From contig PNXW01004639.1 in NCBI GenBank assembly GCA_013265495.1, forward strand, positions 248,001 through 312,000: 64,000 nt of DNA, written 5' to 3'. Made by a program: the position numbers and the translations under genes. The notes under the pieces are model-generated. The model made no database searches. It had not been told where the DNA came from and saw only the letters and a list, made by a program, of their open reading frames with translations. Positions 46,007 to 59,130 of the stretch are shown here, in pieces. Each line of letters opens with the position of its first letter. The first letter of the stretch is position 1. Source of the stretch: Vicugna vicugna (taxonomy: Eukaryota).

Positions 46007-48810
46007 TGTTGAAAGGTGAACTGAGGCATAGTAAAGATTTTGGAAGCTTTTTGAGTAGACATATAAAGTAAAGCATAATTATTGTTGGAAAGTTAGTTGA
46101 TAACCTTTTGCTTGTTTCTTTTTAATTTACATGTTCCTAACAATTAGGTTTAAATTTACTCTTGGAAATTTTATGAGACACTGGACAGCTAGTCATGCTT
46201 TTAAGTTACCGTTCTCGCTGACAAATTCTGTAATAGAGAAAACGAGCTTGACTTAGTAAACTGAGGTAGAAGAAAAGTAATTAATGCCGGTAACTCTGAA
46301 GACACGCTCGTTTTAATTAAATCAAGCAACTTGAATTAGCTTTTATTTAGCAGAGATTATCCTAGATCATGTGAACTTGAAAAACATTTGCGTTAGTTTC
46401 TCTGTTTCTGTCAGGATACTTGATTTACATAATGTTTGTCTTTCAGGCAATTAAATAGAACTCCTTACAAATTAAATTTGGCAATACTAACTGGAGGTTG
46501 AAAAAAATCCACGCATCTGTAACATCCAAACATAGACATAAACATACAAGCAGATGCAAACAGAGATCTTAGAGCTTTCGTTTTGTAATTTTAGCCATGA
46601 GACAGGTATGATAATGCCAAACTCACTAGTTTATAAAAGAACATTGGATCCAAATTGTGTTTCTGGCAGATGGAGTAAGTTAAGGTGACCTGTTCAGATA
46701 GCTTCTTACTAATATTTGTGAAACGTTTTTAAGATTTTTCATAGGCCTAGTTTTCAAAATAGACATTGCTTTTTTTCTCTCCTTCTGTTAAGAATTTACT
46801 TGGTTTCTAGAGAACCCCAAGAAGCACTTTTGTTCCCTATGTCCAGATCATTTACAAAATCTCCAGGTGTTTTGAGATAAATTGGAGAGGTTTAGGAATT
46901 GGTTTTAAAAAAAAAAAGGATGAATGTGCTTTAAATTGTTTCTAGAGTCATATTTCTGTTCTTGTGGAAACCGGAGTTGTAACACAAGTACAGATGTTTT
47001 TAATTCCTCAAGTAATTGGGTTGCAATCTGAAAGATTCCAAGAGGCCGACCCATCCGTCCAACTACTTACCCCCAATGTGCTTCTCTATCAGGGAGAATA
47101 TCTTCAACTAAAATGGAAATCACAAATTCCTACATTTTAGATTTAGAGCTGTGGGTCTTTGGAATGTTTTAGTAAATCTTTCCACAAAGACTTCAGAATG
47201 TTTTTCTTTCCCTCTGGGGACATAGTTTCAGTTTAGAGGAGAAGACCTAGAAAAAGTTGCTAAGAGGCTCTAAACATCAGCTTCCAATTTGGTCAGCTTC
47301 TCACCACAGAGCTGCTTTAATAATAATTTTAAAAAATCCTGTCAAATATCTTGTCAGGTTTTACCTGGGGCAAACAGTAAATATTCCTGGCAATACTGAA
47401 CAACTCTTTGGAATCATGAGGCATCCCCCAAAAGTACAAAACTTACTGCCCTCCCAAACTCCAGAGCCACCCCCAGAGATAATCAAATGAAGACTCAGAC
47501 GTTCCCCTGAGAGCTGGCAACAGTCCGCGGACTCAAGCTTCAGGGGGGTGCAAGCCGTGTCTCTGACAGGCCGTATTTGAGGCTCCCCAACCTGATGGCT
47601 GCAAAGCCAAGTTCTCAGGACACAAACAAGACAAACAAACAGCACATTGTCCCTGGCAGAGAAAGGACCAACAAATAGGCGCCTGAAAGCTAAGTCACAG
47701 GTCACAATTCAAAGATCTAATTCTCACAGATGTCTTTTTCCTGCCAATCTAGATTTGGAAAGGAAGGGACAATGTGGAATTTGACCTTTCTGTCTACCAG
47801 GACCACAGTAGAGGTGGGGCAAAACTGACTTTGGTAGAAACCCTCTCTTTGCCAGCTGACTTTGCCAGTTTCCCCAGGATCCCATCTGCAGGCTCTGGAA
47901 CAAGTGGGGGTGTCCCAGGGGGTTTCCCCCTGGTCCCCAGAAACTGTAGAGGAGGAAACATAATGTTTCCTCCACTGTTTCTGGTGATGCCTGGCTGAGA
48001 CCCCCTTTTCTCTAGGGCACCCCCACATGGATTAGCTTGTCTAGGTTAAAAGTGGCCATTGTAATTGGAGATTATCTTTGGTGAGTTGAATCTGCTTGAT
48101 CAGCCTGATGTCTAAATTTAATTCACCTGATGCCCCATACTGGTGCAGGTCCAGCTTGAGTCAGACTCAGAATCTGACCCCAGACCCAGTCCGGTTTCTA
48201 AGTCAGACCCAGCCTGACTCCAGCCAGTTTCGGGACCCAGTCCGGACAAAAGAAATGCTCAAATGAAGTCTGAAAGCTCAGGATCCGATCCGAGGGGGAC
48301 TTGCTCACGACCTCCAGAGCCAGTGAGACAGCCTGAGCTCGGGGGCTCAGAAGGTACCATGTTTCCTTGCTTTTTGCTCCTGGGCACGGGGGCTGGTGGG
48401 GAGGTGTGCGGTCAGGAGTGTCCGTCGGTTCTGAACTCTTCTGGCACCAGAACTGTTAAAAGATAACCTGATGAATATTAAATTTTTTAAAATTTATTTG
48501 AGCAAAAATAATTCAAATCAGGCAGCAACTAATCTAGCAGGTAGAAAGCAGCTCCGAGGGGCTGCACAAAATGAAGACTTACAGGCAGAACGGAGTAGGA
48601 ATGAGGTGGTTACGCTGGCAAAAAAGCAGGTAGGTTGTTTCAAGGTTGCTTTCCCTTAGGAGACCTCTGGGGTCTATCAAGCAGATAACCCTGCTAGTAC
48701 TGATCAGGCAATTCCTGATTGACTGGTTTAAGACTCCATTTCTGGGAGAGCCGAAACTGTAATTAAGTCAACCCTTAGTGTGGTGAGGTGGAGCTTTGCT
48801 CATTTTGATA
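46007..48810 (-). mobile_element. Degenerate non-coding ERV1/MER4-group-like proviral remnant (3' LTR stub, internal sequence, two LTR-PBS junctions, 5' LTR)
   Basis: LTR at 48454 to about 48810; a 35-nt stub of the same LTR end at 46007 (26/35 identical); PBS-like TGG after CA at 48449 and 47939; internal motifs such as ACATAGACATAAACATAC...GCAAACAGAGATCTTA.AGCTTTC...TTTTAGCCATGAG. Confidence 0.65.
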
Positions 48811-51072
48811 GTTCGGTTGCTTGGACAGATGGCCAAGCATGAACCTTTGGGGCCCTGGGATATTTGCCTAGATTTTCAAGGGAAGCCACATCATCAGATA
48901 GTTTTCAAGAGCATCTGTAAATCTATCTGGACTTGTAAAGTATTAACTTGGTAGGAACTATGAGGTTTACGAAAACTCCTTTGACTAACACTTGGAGAAT
49001 AGTTTGAGTTTTAGTCCTAGAAGTCACCTCCTGTTACTCTCAGGTTTTCTTTTGGGTTTGCATATGACTGGATCCTTATGCTTTATTTTGAGGTAAATCT
49101 AAATGAAGGGACACCTGTCAGTCAGTTAGGTAGAAGACCTTGAACAGTCCACAGTTTTCCCAGCATCCTCTCCAATTCTTTATTCTTTTAAATCATTAAG
49201 TATATATAACAGAAGAAATATGTAGCATCGCTGAGCAATCCAAATAATTCATTGTACATTATTTTTATTTAAGTTTAGAATGCATTACAGAACTTTCTTT
49301 GGTAAAATGCTAATGTTTCTAAGTGGAACTTAGTTATAACTAGCAATACTTCAGGAGGATTCTCAAGGTCTGGATTTTAAAATGTAGGGTAATTCGTGTA
49401 ATCTTCCCTGGCCAAATTTTCCTCCTCGGTGAGATGGAGAAAATAATACTGTTCTTCCTTGTGAAGTTAGGATAATGAGTTAGGAGATGTGAGAGAATGG
49501 TAGAGTACTACAGAAAAATGAATAAAATTCTATTGTTCAGTTGACATTTACCAAGCAATTGATGTCAGGGAGGAGGCAGTCCAGAAACATACAAAGCAGT
49601 GAAAAGAAATCAATTTGACATTCAGAATTTTCCACGGGAATAATAAAGAGTTGGCTGGATACCTATAATGCATTTTAAAGACAGCACTTAGAATTTTCTT
49701 GACTATCTTAAATGGGAATTAAAAAGAATGTTTCCATCTACTAAAATTTGGTTTAAGCATTTATAAAGAGGATCCATGGCAGGGTTGTGAGATTTCTGGC
49801 ATGTCTTAAAAACAGCATCCTCAAGCCTTACTGAGGAGCCAGCCTCAGATGGAACCTTAAATGATGTTACAAATAGAGCCTTCCTGTGTGGGGTTGTGTA
49901 GGGGGGGTGCAGGCTCCCCTCCATTTCCTCTAAACTTCATGGCTTTCAATTTATCAGTCTCAGAGGGATGAAGAGTTGAGTCCCTCCTGATAGCATTTGA
50001 AGCTGTGGTTCCACAGAGGATTTAATGCTGTAGTTGCAGGGAGCCTAGGTATTTCAAATCTGAGGCTTAAAAAACTAAGCCATCCCCTCTGGCTTTTGCA
50101 CTGATGCTGTGAAATCCATTGGAGAAACATGTCCATGTTTTGCTGCTCATTCAAAGCTGTGAGCGTGACTTGGCATTGAAATAATAATTTCTTGTTCAAA
50201 AACTCCCCGCTGAACTACTACCTGGGTTATCTACATACAGGTTATTTCTTTGACTGGCGTACGCTCTTGTCAGTTTCGCAAGGAATGATTGTTGCTAACG
50301 GTAGAGGTTTGTGGTACGGCGTTTCTCATTTATGTCCATTTTTACATTGATCCTGGGACACTGGATGATACTACCTGATTGTACATTCTGGACGTAGACT
50401 CATTATGCAGAAATAAGTGTCATCTTATTATTCTCGAAATAAGAAAGTATTCTTCCTTTCTGAAGTGTATTTTGGGGGTTCAAGCCTGTAAACTGGTTTG
50501 TCAAATCATAGGCGATGCAGTTACAAACTTTTTTTTTTTTTGGCTTGTTAACCTTTAAAAGTCATCTTGGTGACTTCCAGGACCAAGATTCTGTAGTAGA
50601 CTATTGTCCTGTTAAGTGATTTCTTTTCAAAGTAAGTTATGTACAACATAGCTTCAGTTCATTTTAATCCTGGGCCACTGCCATAATACAGTTATTGTAA
50701 CAAGAAAATAGGAGACCATTCTACCTGGTGGAATCTGCTTCTATGACAGTTGTTTATAATGTTATGATGTCTTCATGAGTGTGATCCGTTACAGTAATAA
50801 AGGCTGCGGACAACGGAACAAACTTCATGGTGTCTTCCTTCCACTTTAAACATCACTTTGACATCGTTGGCTCATGTCACAGATGGTTTTAATGAAGAAT
50901 TTAACAATAAAAGCACAATTCTAAAAAAAAAAATGACTCACAGCAAGTACTCTTACCACTTAAAATAATACTTTTTTGTTGATCATGATTGAAGTGGGAA
51001 AATATTCTCATATGAACAAATGTACCAATTCATCACTGTAACAATCATGTCAGTTTGTACCTTGTTGAATGG

Positions 51073-51098
51073 GTGTGTGTGTGTGTGTGTGTGTGTGT
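51073..51098. repeat. (GT)13 microsatellite
   Basis: Read directly from the sequence. Confidence 0.95.
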
Positions 51099-51479
51099 TT
51101 AATGGAGAGTCAACAGGTTGGGTGAGTGGAGGGTTTTGAGTAACTGGAAGTTCTCGTGAAGGTAGAGTTCCCATTTGGGTGGATGCGAGGGTGGGACAGA
51201 AAGTGGGAAGGTAAGGAGATTGTAATCAACAGCCACAGATCTTTTCACAAATGCTGACTGTTACATTCTAGGCTTCGAAGTCAGGTTCAGTCCTCCAGTT
51301 GAGGAAGAAACTTACAATCTGCAGTGGACTTAGCCTTAGAAACCCCAACAATGCTTCCCTTTTTCTTTTCTTCTTTCCTTACCTCCTTCTTCCCCACTTC
51401 TGTTTCCTGCCTTCGTGCCTTCCTTCCTTCCTTCCTCCTTCCCTCTTCTTTCCTCTCCTCTCCTTCTTCCCTTTCTTCT

Positions 51480-51590
51480 TTTCCAAAGTATTTACTGGTT
51501 GCTTATTATGTCTCGGGAATGTTTTTATGTGGTGTAGATACAGTGATGAACCAAACAGAGAGGTTCCTACTCTGATGGAACTTATCTAAA
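51480..51590 (-). mobile_element. L2 3' end, preceded by a TC-rich low-complexity tract (51355-51480)
   Basis: CAAAGTATTTACTGGTTGCTTATTATGT...GATACAGTGATGAACCAAACAGA...CTACTCTGATGGAACTTA. Confidence 0.6.
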
Positions 51591-54500
51591 CTACCACCCA
51601 AATATGTAGAATGTTAAAGAGCAGGGAAGCCCTGGAGAGAAATAAAGCAGTGTGGTGGGGTTGCCCGGGTGGGGCGTGCCTGGCGAAGGTGATGAGAAAA
51701 GGTGAGATTCTAGATGGGTTTCGAAGGAAAATCCTGTAGACTTGCTTGTGGTGTAAGGGAGAGAAGGAGGTAGGTTTGGTACCCAGGTGTGGCCAGCTGC
51801 GTTGGCTGGCGTGACCAGACACAACTCAGGGTGAGAAGTGGGATAAGAGCTCCCTTTTTGGCTTTGGGCACAGAGTGACCTGGGGCTGATTTAATTAGTG
51901 TGCTGCCTGGACACATCTCTGCTCCTTAGGAGACAGGATCTAATCACTCACCATGGCCTCAGGAGGATACTCACCGGAGTGGTTGCTGGGGTTGAGGGCG
52001 TGGCTTCATCAAAGTCCTTCATCAGAGGTCACTCCTTCTAAGTGCAGCCACCTTCCTCCAAGGAGAGTCAGAGGAGGAAGTTGGGGGGAGATCCTTTCTC
52101 CTAAGTGCTTCTGTTCCCTCTCACATTGAGAGTGTTCTTTGAACCCTTGGCTTCTCCACATCTCTGCTCTGAGTGACTTATGTGAGTGATGAGTTAGGGA
52201 AGACTAGACTGGACAGACTCACCTATCTCTCTGGAGCCTGAGCTGCTCACAAGGATGGACTCCCTACCTTGCTCTGTGCCTGGTTGTGTCTGCCCAGGAA
52301 GGTCGGCTTCTTCTGGGTTTCCTGCGAGGAAGTTACTGGACTCACAGTGAAGGGATATCCTCTGACTCCACCTTGATTTATCATGACAGTGATCTTCAGG
52401 CCTCTGGATGCTACTCCTGGATTTCATATTCCGGTTTCCTCAGCACCCTGGTGAGGTGGGGGAGTACCACTGGAGAACCACGCAGCATCATGGTCATACC
52501 ACCTCCTTCTGTTTCATAGCAGTTTCCAGAACGTATTCACATGTCTGATCTCATCTACGGCTCCCATTTTGTAGATGAAGAGATTGAAGTTCATGGAAGT
52601 TAGCTGTCATGACCAAACTCATCATTATTAAAAGTAGCAGTGTGATAATATATCCAGGTCTCCTTACTACTAAACATAATTTTTTTCCCTTAGAGCCACA
52701 GTGACTTTGGATGTATACTGAGGGTAAGTTTTCTTTGAGTCCTTGGGGTAGTGTACACATTCATCAAAGTTTGAGCCACAGCACAGGGAACCTCTGTCAA
52801 ATCGTGAAAATAGTAAACTTGCCACTATATATTTTATTACTTAAAGTCTAGCACATTCATTCATCCATCTCTCATATGAAATATGTCAAATTTTTCCCTT
52901 GTGTCTGAAATGTATTCAAATATATTTTCTTTGAGAGTTGTCCTTCATGTGTCTTTTTTAAGTGCTGAATTTTGGTATTCACTTTGTTATGTTTGTTGAT
53001 CTGATGATATTTGTGACTCAACTAGAAAATGCATAGTAACATTCCCCGCCCCCAATAAAATAATAAATCCCCAAATTGTTGAAGAATTTCTATAGCAGCT
53101 GCTTTCTACCAAGTACCATTGAATTCCGCTGTCTTGGCAGAATGCAATATCTATTAATTATCACAAAATTCTAAAAGCCTCCAGCTTCACAATGGAAACT
53201 ATGTTGTGTTTATTTTTATGCGAAGGAAAAATTTAAAATGGTGAGGACCCAGGAGAGTCATTTCAGGCAGATAGTAGCATAATATGAATGGCGCTGGAAC
53301 ACTTCCCTGTGGCAGTAAACTCTTATCTCCAGCCAAGACCCATCAACACAAATGGAAGGAATGAGAATTAGCCATTGAGGCTGTGCATTTGCTATTAGGA
53401 GCGACTGTGCAATCTAGTTTCCAAGATCTGTGCTACGCACACACATTTTTCTACATTACATAATGTTATCATTTAAATATTGTCATTCAAATGTGAAGAC
53501 CAGCTGTGCATATCAGGACACAGCTGTTGGGCTGAGGTGCTGATCAGCCATCTGGTGCTTGGTTCTGGGTGGTTAAATTCCAGCTGGGGATTTAACTTCA
53601 TATCCAGCTGTGAGAAAGTAAATTGAAGGCTGCATATTATTCCTCAGAAATCACTCCTTGGGGAAAGTCCTCAGAAATAAATTTCAGCCAGAGGTGTCAT
53701 TGATCGGTTCTATACTTTCAATTATAGCATTGGCCAAAATAAAACCAAACAGAAAATTGTTGGGTCATTTCATTTTCTTTGAATGAAATAAAACAAACAA
53801 GCTAAAGAGAATGAGGCTTTTCAGTCTCCTTCACATTATCTGTGTACAGGGGCCATCTGCAGTCTAGCTGCCTGGTGTCACTCGTCTGTCTGAACAATGA
53901 GAAGGAAAATCAGGTGCTCTGTGAAGGCTAGGACGGCGGAGGTGGTAATTAGCCTGTTTCCAGACTCATTCTGTCTGTGCGTATGTGAAATATTACAAAG
54001 CAACACGATTCTTCACAATAGTCATTGCTGTACTCAAGCACACCCCTTCCTCAATAAAAAGTGTTTTCGAGGGAGGGATCTTAAAATGCTGCCTTGACTT
54101 TTTATATGTGTGGTTAATCACAGAGATCTCAGGAAGAAGACGACCTCGAAAAATTAGGCTACTTCAGTGTCTTCAGGCATTTCCATGTATAACTATCTGA
54201 AAGTATGAACTTAACTTTTCGCATCTTCAAAGGAACAGAACTTTATTCTAACTTATTGCAGTGTCTTAGTGTATGTTCTATAGATTACTTTATCTTAAGC
54301 AAATAACACTAGGATATATTCATTACTGAGAAGAATGGAGTTATGGTACATATTAATGGATGTTAGCTGTCAGATAATTCGATTAACGTTGAAATAAAAT
54401 AGTTTCGTTTTTCTTTTAAATAAATTTGCTTTATTCTCTTCTGTGGCTCCTGATTGGAAAAATTAACCTTTTATCTATAGATGGAACTTCCTTCTGGGAG

Positions 54501-54670
54501 CTGCATTTGCTAATTTTAACACACAAAAAGTGAATGTATGTGTAGAGAAATTATTCAGTAAAGATGGTTTTCATGATTATCTTTTTAAAGTGTGTTTAGA
54601 GAAAATCTTGGGGGAGTATGTGGGAAACCAAAACACAGATAAGCACAGTCACGAAAACTTCCAGTGTAGA

Positions 54671-55079
54671 TGTCCTGGTCAGAGTTCTCCAGAGAAACAG
54701 AACCAATAGGATATAGATAAATAGGTAGATAGGAGAGATTTATTATAGAAATTGGCTCATTGGCTCATGAGGCTGAGAAGTCCCACAATCTGCCCACGGG
54801 CTGGAGAACCAGAAAAGTCAGTGGTGTAATTCAGTCCTAGCCTGAAGGCTTGATAACCAGGAGCTCTGAGGTCAGAGGGCAGAAGAGGATGGACTTCCCA
54901 GCTCCAGAAGACAGAGTTCCATTGGGCCCTCAAGGGATTGGATGTTAAGATCGCGTAGTCTCTTCTCTTCAGATGCTAATCTTTTCCAGACACACCCTCC
55001 CAACACATCCAGAAATGTTTTACCAGCATCTGGGCATCCCGGGGACCAGTCAAGTTGACACCTAAAATTAGCCGCCACA
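54671..55079 (-). mobile_element. ERVL LTR (MLT2B-like)
   Basis: GTTCTCCAGAGAAACAGAACCAATAGGAT...GAGATTTATTAT...CCAGTCAAGTTGACACCTAAAATTA.CC..CACA. Confidence 0.85.
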
Positions 55080-56284
55080 GAGTATGTTCAGGTTTGGTGG
55101 TTTATTTTCCTTTTGATTCTAAATGCAGACATCCTTAAGAAATACTTTTAATTTTAATAATAGGGGTTTAAGTTCAGAGCTTGTTTCCAAGTATCTGAGC
55201 GGTTGCAAATAAACCAATGAGTATATGGTTATAATTCATTTATAATCCTTTTGCATATATTTGTTGGGGTAAGAGAATTTACAGAGGAAAGATTTTTTAG
55301 ACTTGGTATTGGGATTATATATTTATTAGTAATTTCTTAGGAAAATATACATTAAAAACCACACTAATACTTTGAATACAAAATAAAGAAATCCATCCCT
55401 TAAATTTTACAGGTGCCCACACCCTATACCCCAATCCCAGGACTGAATGGGGCTGATAGTAGCAATTGAAGTAACTCCCTGGAGCATGAAAGGCAGGCCT
55501 TCAGGTCATAGAAATTATGAGACAAGATGAGAAACAGCAGGAGAAAACAAAGTTTACAAAAATTCTAAATTTATAAAGATTTGAAACTCACACTGCACCT
55601 CTTATTTTATTTTCAGATTTGAACTGTGCACGGTTGTTTAATTTAGACTAATTCCCTTTTTGTTATTTTCAATTTTGCATTCTTTAAAAAAAGTAATTTT
55701 AGTACATGCTTTTATACCATGAAGTGTAGACAAATGAAAAACTGAAAACTGCTACTACTTGGTGTTAGAGGTTTCATGATGTGACTTAGAAAATTAATTT
55801 TACTGATGTCACCAGGTTGCCCCAAAACCCTTCAGGGACGGCAAGTATCTCTTCTTTACAACAAGACATTACAGACCGGGTGGGAAAAGTGTAAGGGAAA
55901 TGAATTTTCTGTGACTTCGGCTGTTCACTTTTGTGTGAATTATTTCTTTTGAAAAATGGGAGATGCATGGGGAATCTCCTGAATTAGTGAATGTTTAAAA
56001 ATACTTGAAATGATAATGGATATTGATGTAATCCCTGTGTTATATCGTGAAATATCAGGGGAAAGTGGGGAATGGTGAAATTACCCAAGTGAATCTGGTG
56101 TTTCTGTGAAGGGACAGGTTGTGGAGTCAGACCTTCTACAACAGGGAAGGAATTTGTGGTGTTTTTAGTTTGTCCTGCCTGGGGTGCCAGTTTGGTTTCC
56201 AGTTAGGGAATGTACTGGGAGCTGTGATACCCAGTGGTGCCTAAATATGTCAGTAGGTTCCGATAGTCACACAAAAATGACCGT

Positions 56285-56520
56285 GAAGATGAACAGCTAC
56301 CATTTGTTGTGTACTTCCTGTGAGCCCAGCACTGTTCTAAACATTTCCTGTGTTAATTTATTGAATCCTCTCAGTACTATCATTATCCGCACTGTATGAA
56401 TGAGGAAATGAGACCCAGAGAGGTCAAATTAATAACTTGCCCAAATTCTTATTGCTAGTAAGGGACACAGCCAGAATACAAACTCATAATGCCTGATTAC
56501 AGAAACCACATCCTTCTATG
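56285..56520 (-). mobile_element. MIR SINE
   Basis: AGCTACCATTT...CAGCACTGTTCTAA...ATGAGGAAATGAGACCCAGAGAGG...TAACTTGCCCAA. Confidence 0.7.
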
Positions 56521-56859
56521 GTAAATGATATTGCTGCCAAAGTATTACATTGTGTTATAACATATTATATAACAGTATCTGATAAACAAGCGGGATCCAA
56601 AATGCACAGACACGTAATGTACACATGTGTGTACTCTTTTCCCCTTAAACAACCAACCAGAGAAGTGATTATGCTTAGAATATATTGAATATGCTAGCTT
56701 AATAATTCCCCAGTTACTTTCCCTTAAGTCAAAGCCTTTTATATTTTGCAAAGAATCTGTGGAGGGTCCTTTGGAAGATGATCGAGCAAAAGGCAGCAGA
56801 ACCACTTAGCTACTAACATGGGTATCGGAGGTCAGAGAAGTGGCTTTGATTTGAGGAAG

Positions 56860-57725
56860 GTTACCTAAATGGTACTCAAGTACTTTAAAAACAATTCCTG
56901 AACAACGAAGGGCAGTTTCCACGACCTTATATACCCTGGAGATGGAACAAGAGGAAATGGATTTTGCTCACAGAAAGGCAGAACTGGTTTAGACATAAGT
57001 AAATCTTTCCAGGATTATATGAAATCAACTTAAGCCATACAGACTCACTCAGTCCTGCTCATCACAGCACCTTTTAAGTGCTAACAGGGTCACTAAAATT
57101 CCTTTCATTCATTCATCTTTGAAGTGCTGATCTATGTAATTACTAACCTTCTAATCATCATAGTACTATTGTCTAAACTCACCACATTTTCTAGGCCATT
57201 CTTAGTTGTGAGACCTACACTACAGGTAAAGTAGGGCTCTGAGGAGCATAAAGAGTCATTTCTTCATCATTCTTGCTTATTTTTTAAAAACACAAAGGTG
57301 TGGATTTGCAACACTGTGACCTATGTTCTGTCAAGTTATAATCTCATATCTATATAATTTGTTTGATCTTAACAAACTTTTAAAAAAAGTTCCCATCAGT
57401 TCAACAATTTATTCTAGAACACTATAAAGTTTTATCCTATCTTCCAAGGTTCTTCATCTGTTTTTACAGGTTTGGTGACATTTCAAGGTCAATGACTATT
57501 GAGGATAAATGGAAGGAAACTGGTTAAGATGAAGCCTAAAGGATTATGTTATTTAAACGTGAGACGTTTCTTGACAATGAGGGTTATTAGATATTAGACT
57601 TTAGAATAGTAATGATCCTCTTTGGGCTGATGGTTATAAACATTCTCATTTATCAGACAGGAAGTAAATGTAATAATTTCGGAAGACTTAGGGATGGAAT
57701 AGATGACCTTAAAAACTCATTCCAT
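56860..57725 (+). mobile_element. CR1/L3 fragments (two pieces, about 56860-57012 and 57490-57725)
   Basis: GAACAAGAGGAAATGG...GGTTTAGACATAAG.AAA..TTTCC; TTTCTTGACAATGAGGGTTATTAGA...GGGATGGAATAGATGACCT. Confidence 0.5.
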
Positions 57726-58609
57726 GGATACGGGTAAGACATATACGGTATTGGGCATGAAGTAATTAAATGGTATCCATTCCCAGAGTGGAAGAGATTG
57801 TCTGATGTGACAAACAGGAAGTGTCGTGCCCTTGAGTCCGCCCAGTGGAAGAGCTATAGGTGACCCTTCCTATCTGAGTGATTGTAAAAGCCCAACCCTC
57901 CCACCATTCTACCCAGGATAACGCAGTCCCTTTGAGAAATTACAGACACGCAGGACTCAGGCTGGACCTGCAGAGCTGAAGAACGCTGTCAGCGAAGCCA
58001 GAGCTTAATTAGAAGAGCAAACCTTTCATGCATGTTCGTTGACACAGATTCATGCTTAACAAATACATTTTGAGTAAGTGCAAGCAAAGGCTACGGTTAT
58101 TAATGAGACGACTCAAATGCTTACTCCCGGTGTCTTGGTGCGCCAGGAGCACGGCAGGGTGGCTCAGACTGCATACCCTGGAGTCTGTCTACTCGCATGT
58201 GAACCCACTATACAAACTTCATGGTTTGTTATGCAGAACTACAAATTGCTAATTGTAGGAAGTTTTCATTTCTGGGTGTGAATTTCATCTTCTTCGATGG
58301 AGTCTTTTATTATGGTCATAAAAGGCAGAGCAGATGGGCAGGGTACACAATCCTAGCACCGGAGCTGAAGGCTCCCAGATAGTCCATGGATCCATTCTGA
58401 TGAACTAGTGCTGATGCATCAAGCAAAATAACGGGAATATCACTCCTGGGCCCAAGTGTTGTTGCATGGGATATTTGGATTTCATTGTTCATATTTGTCC
58501 ATGATGAGATATTGTCAGAAAAATCTGTTTGTGGAGCCAGAACTTCCAGCTCTTGCTTTGTAAGTAGTTTTTCTTCTAATGAGAACTTTGTTCCTCATGA
58601 CCACTATTA

Positions 58610-59130
58610 TTATTTTCAATTTATTTATACTGTATCTGTATAGCTATATTTCTATAGATGATATTTACATATATCGTGTATATATGTAGAAGTGCACAAA
58701 TATATATGTATAAGTGAAATTTTACATATGGAAATACACCCATGCACCACCACCTAGGTCAAGGTAGAGAACATGTCCAACAGCTGTCCTTTGTCCGTTT
58801 TCATCTCCTTCCAAACATAAGCCCTACCGTAACCTCTATCCCTGTAGAACAGCTTGCCCATTCTTGAACTTTATAAAAATGAAACCATACAGTTTGTATC
58901 TTTTTGCATCTGGCTTTTTTTTTTTCCCTCAACACTATGTCTGTGAGATTCAGCTACATCATTGCATGGAGCCATAGTTACTTCTTTGTCATTGGTAATG
59001 CACTGTTCTACTATTTATTTACTTGTTGTAGTATAAAATGATTGCATTGTGCCCAGCTTGGGGCTAGCTGCCACATACATGCCTGTATATGTTCTCTGGT
59101 AGACTTGAGCACTTATTTCTATCATGTGAC
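58610..59130 (-). mobile_element. Old L1M (L1MB/ME-type) 3' end
   Basis: Typical motifs ACACCCATGCACCACCACC.AGGTCAAG, TTCTTGAACTTTATAAAAATG, TCTGGCTTTTTT...TCAACA..ATGTCTGTGAGATTCA. Confidence 0.65.
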
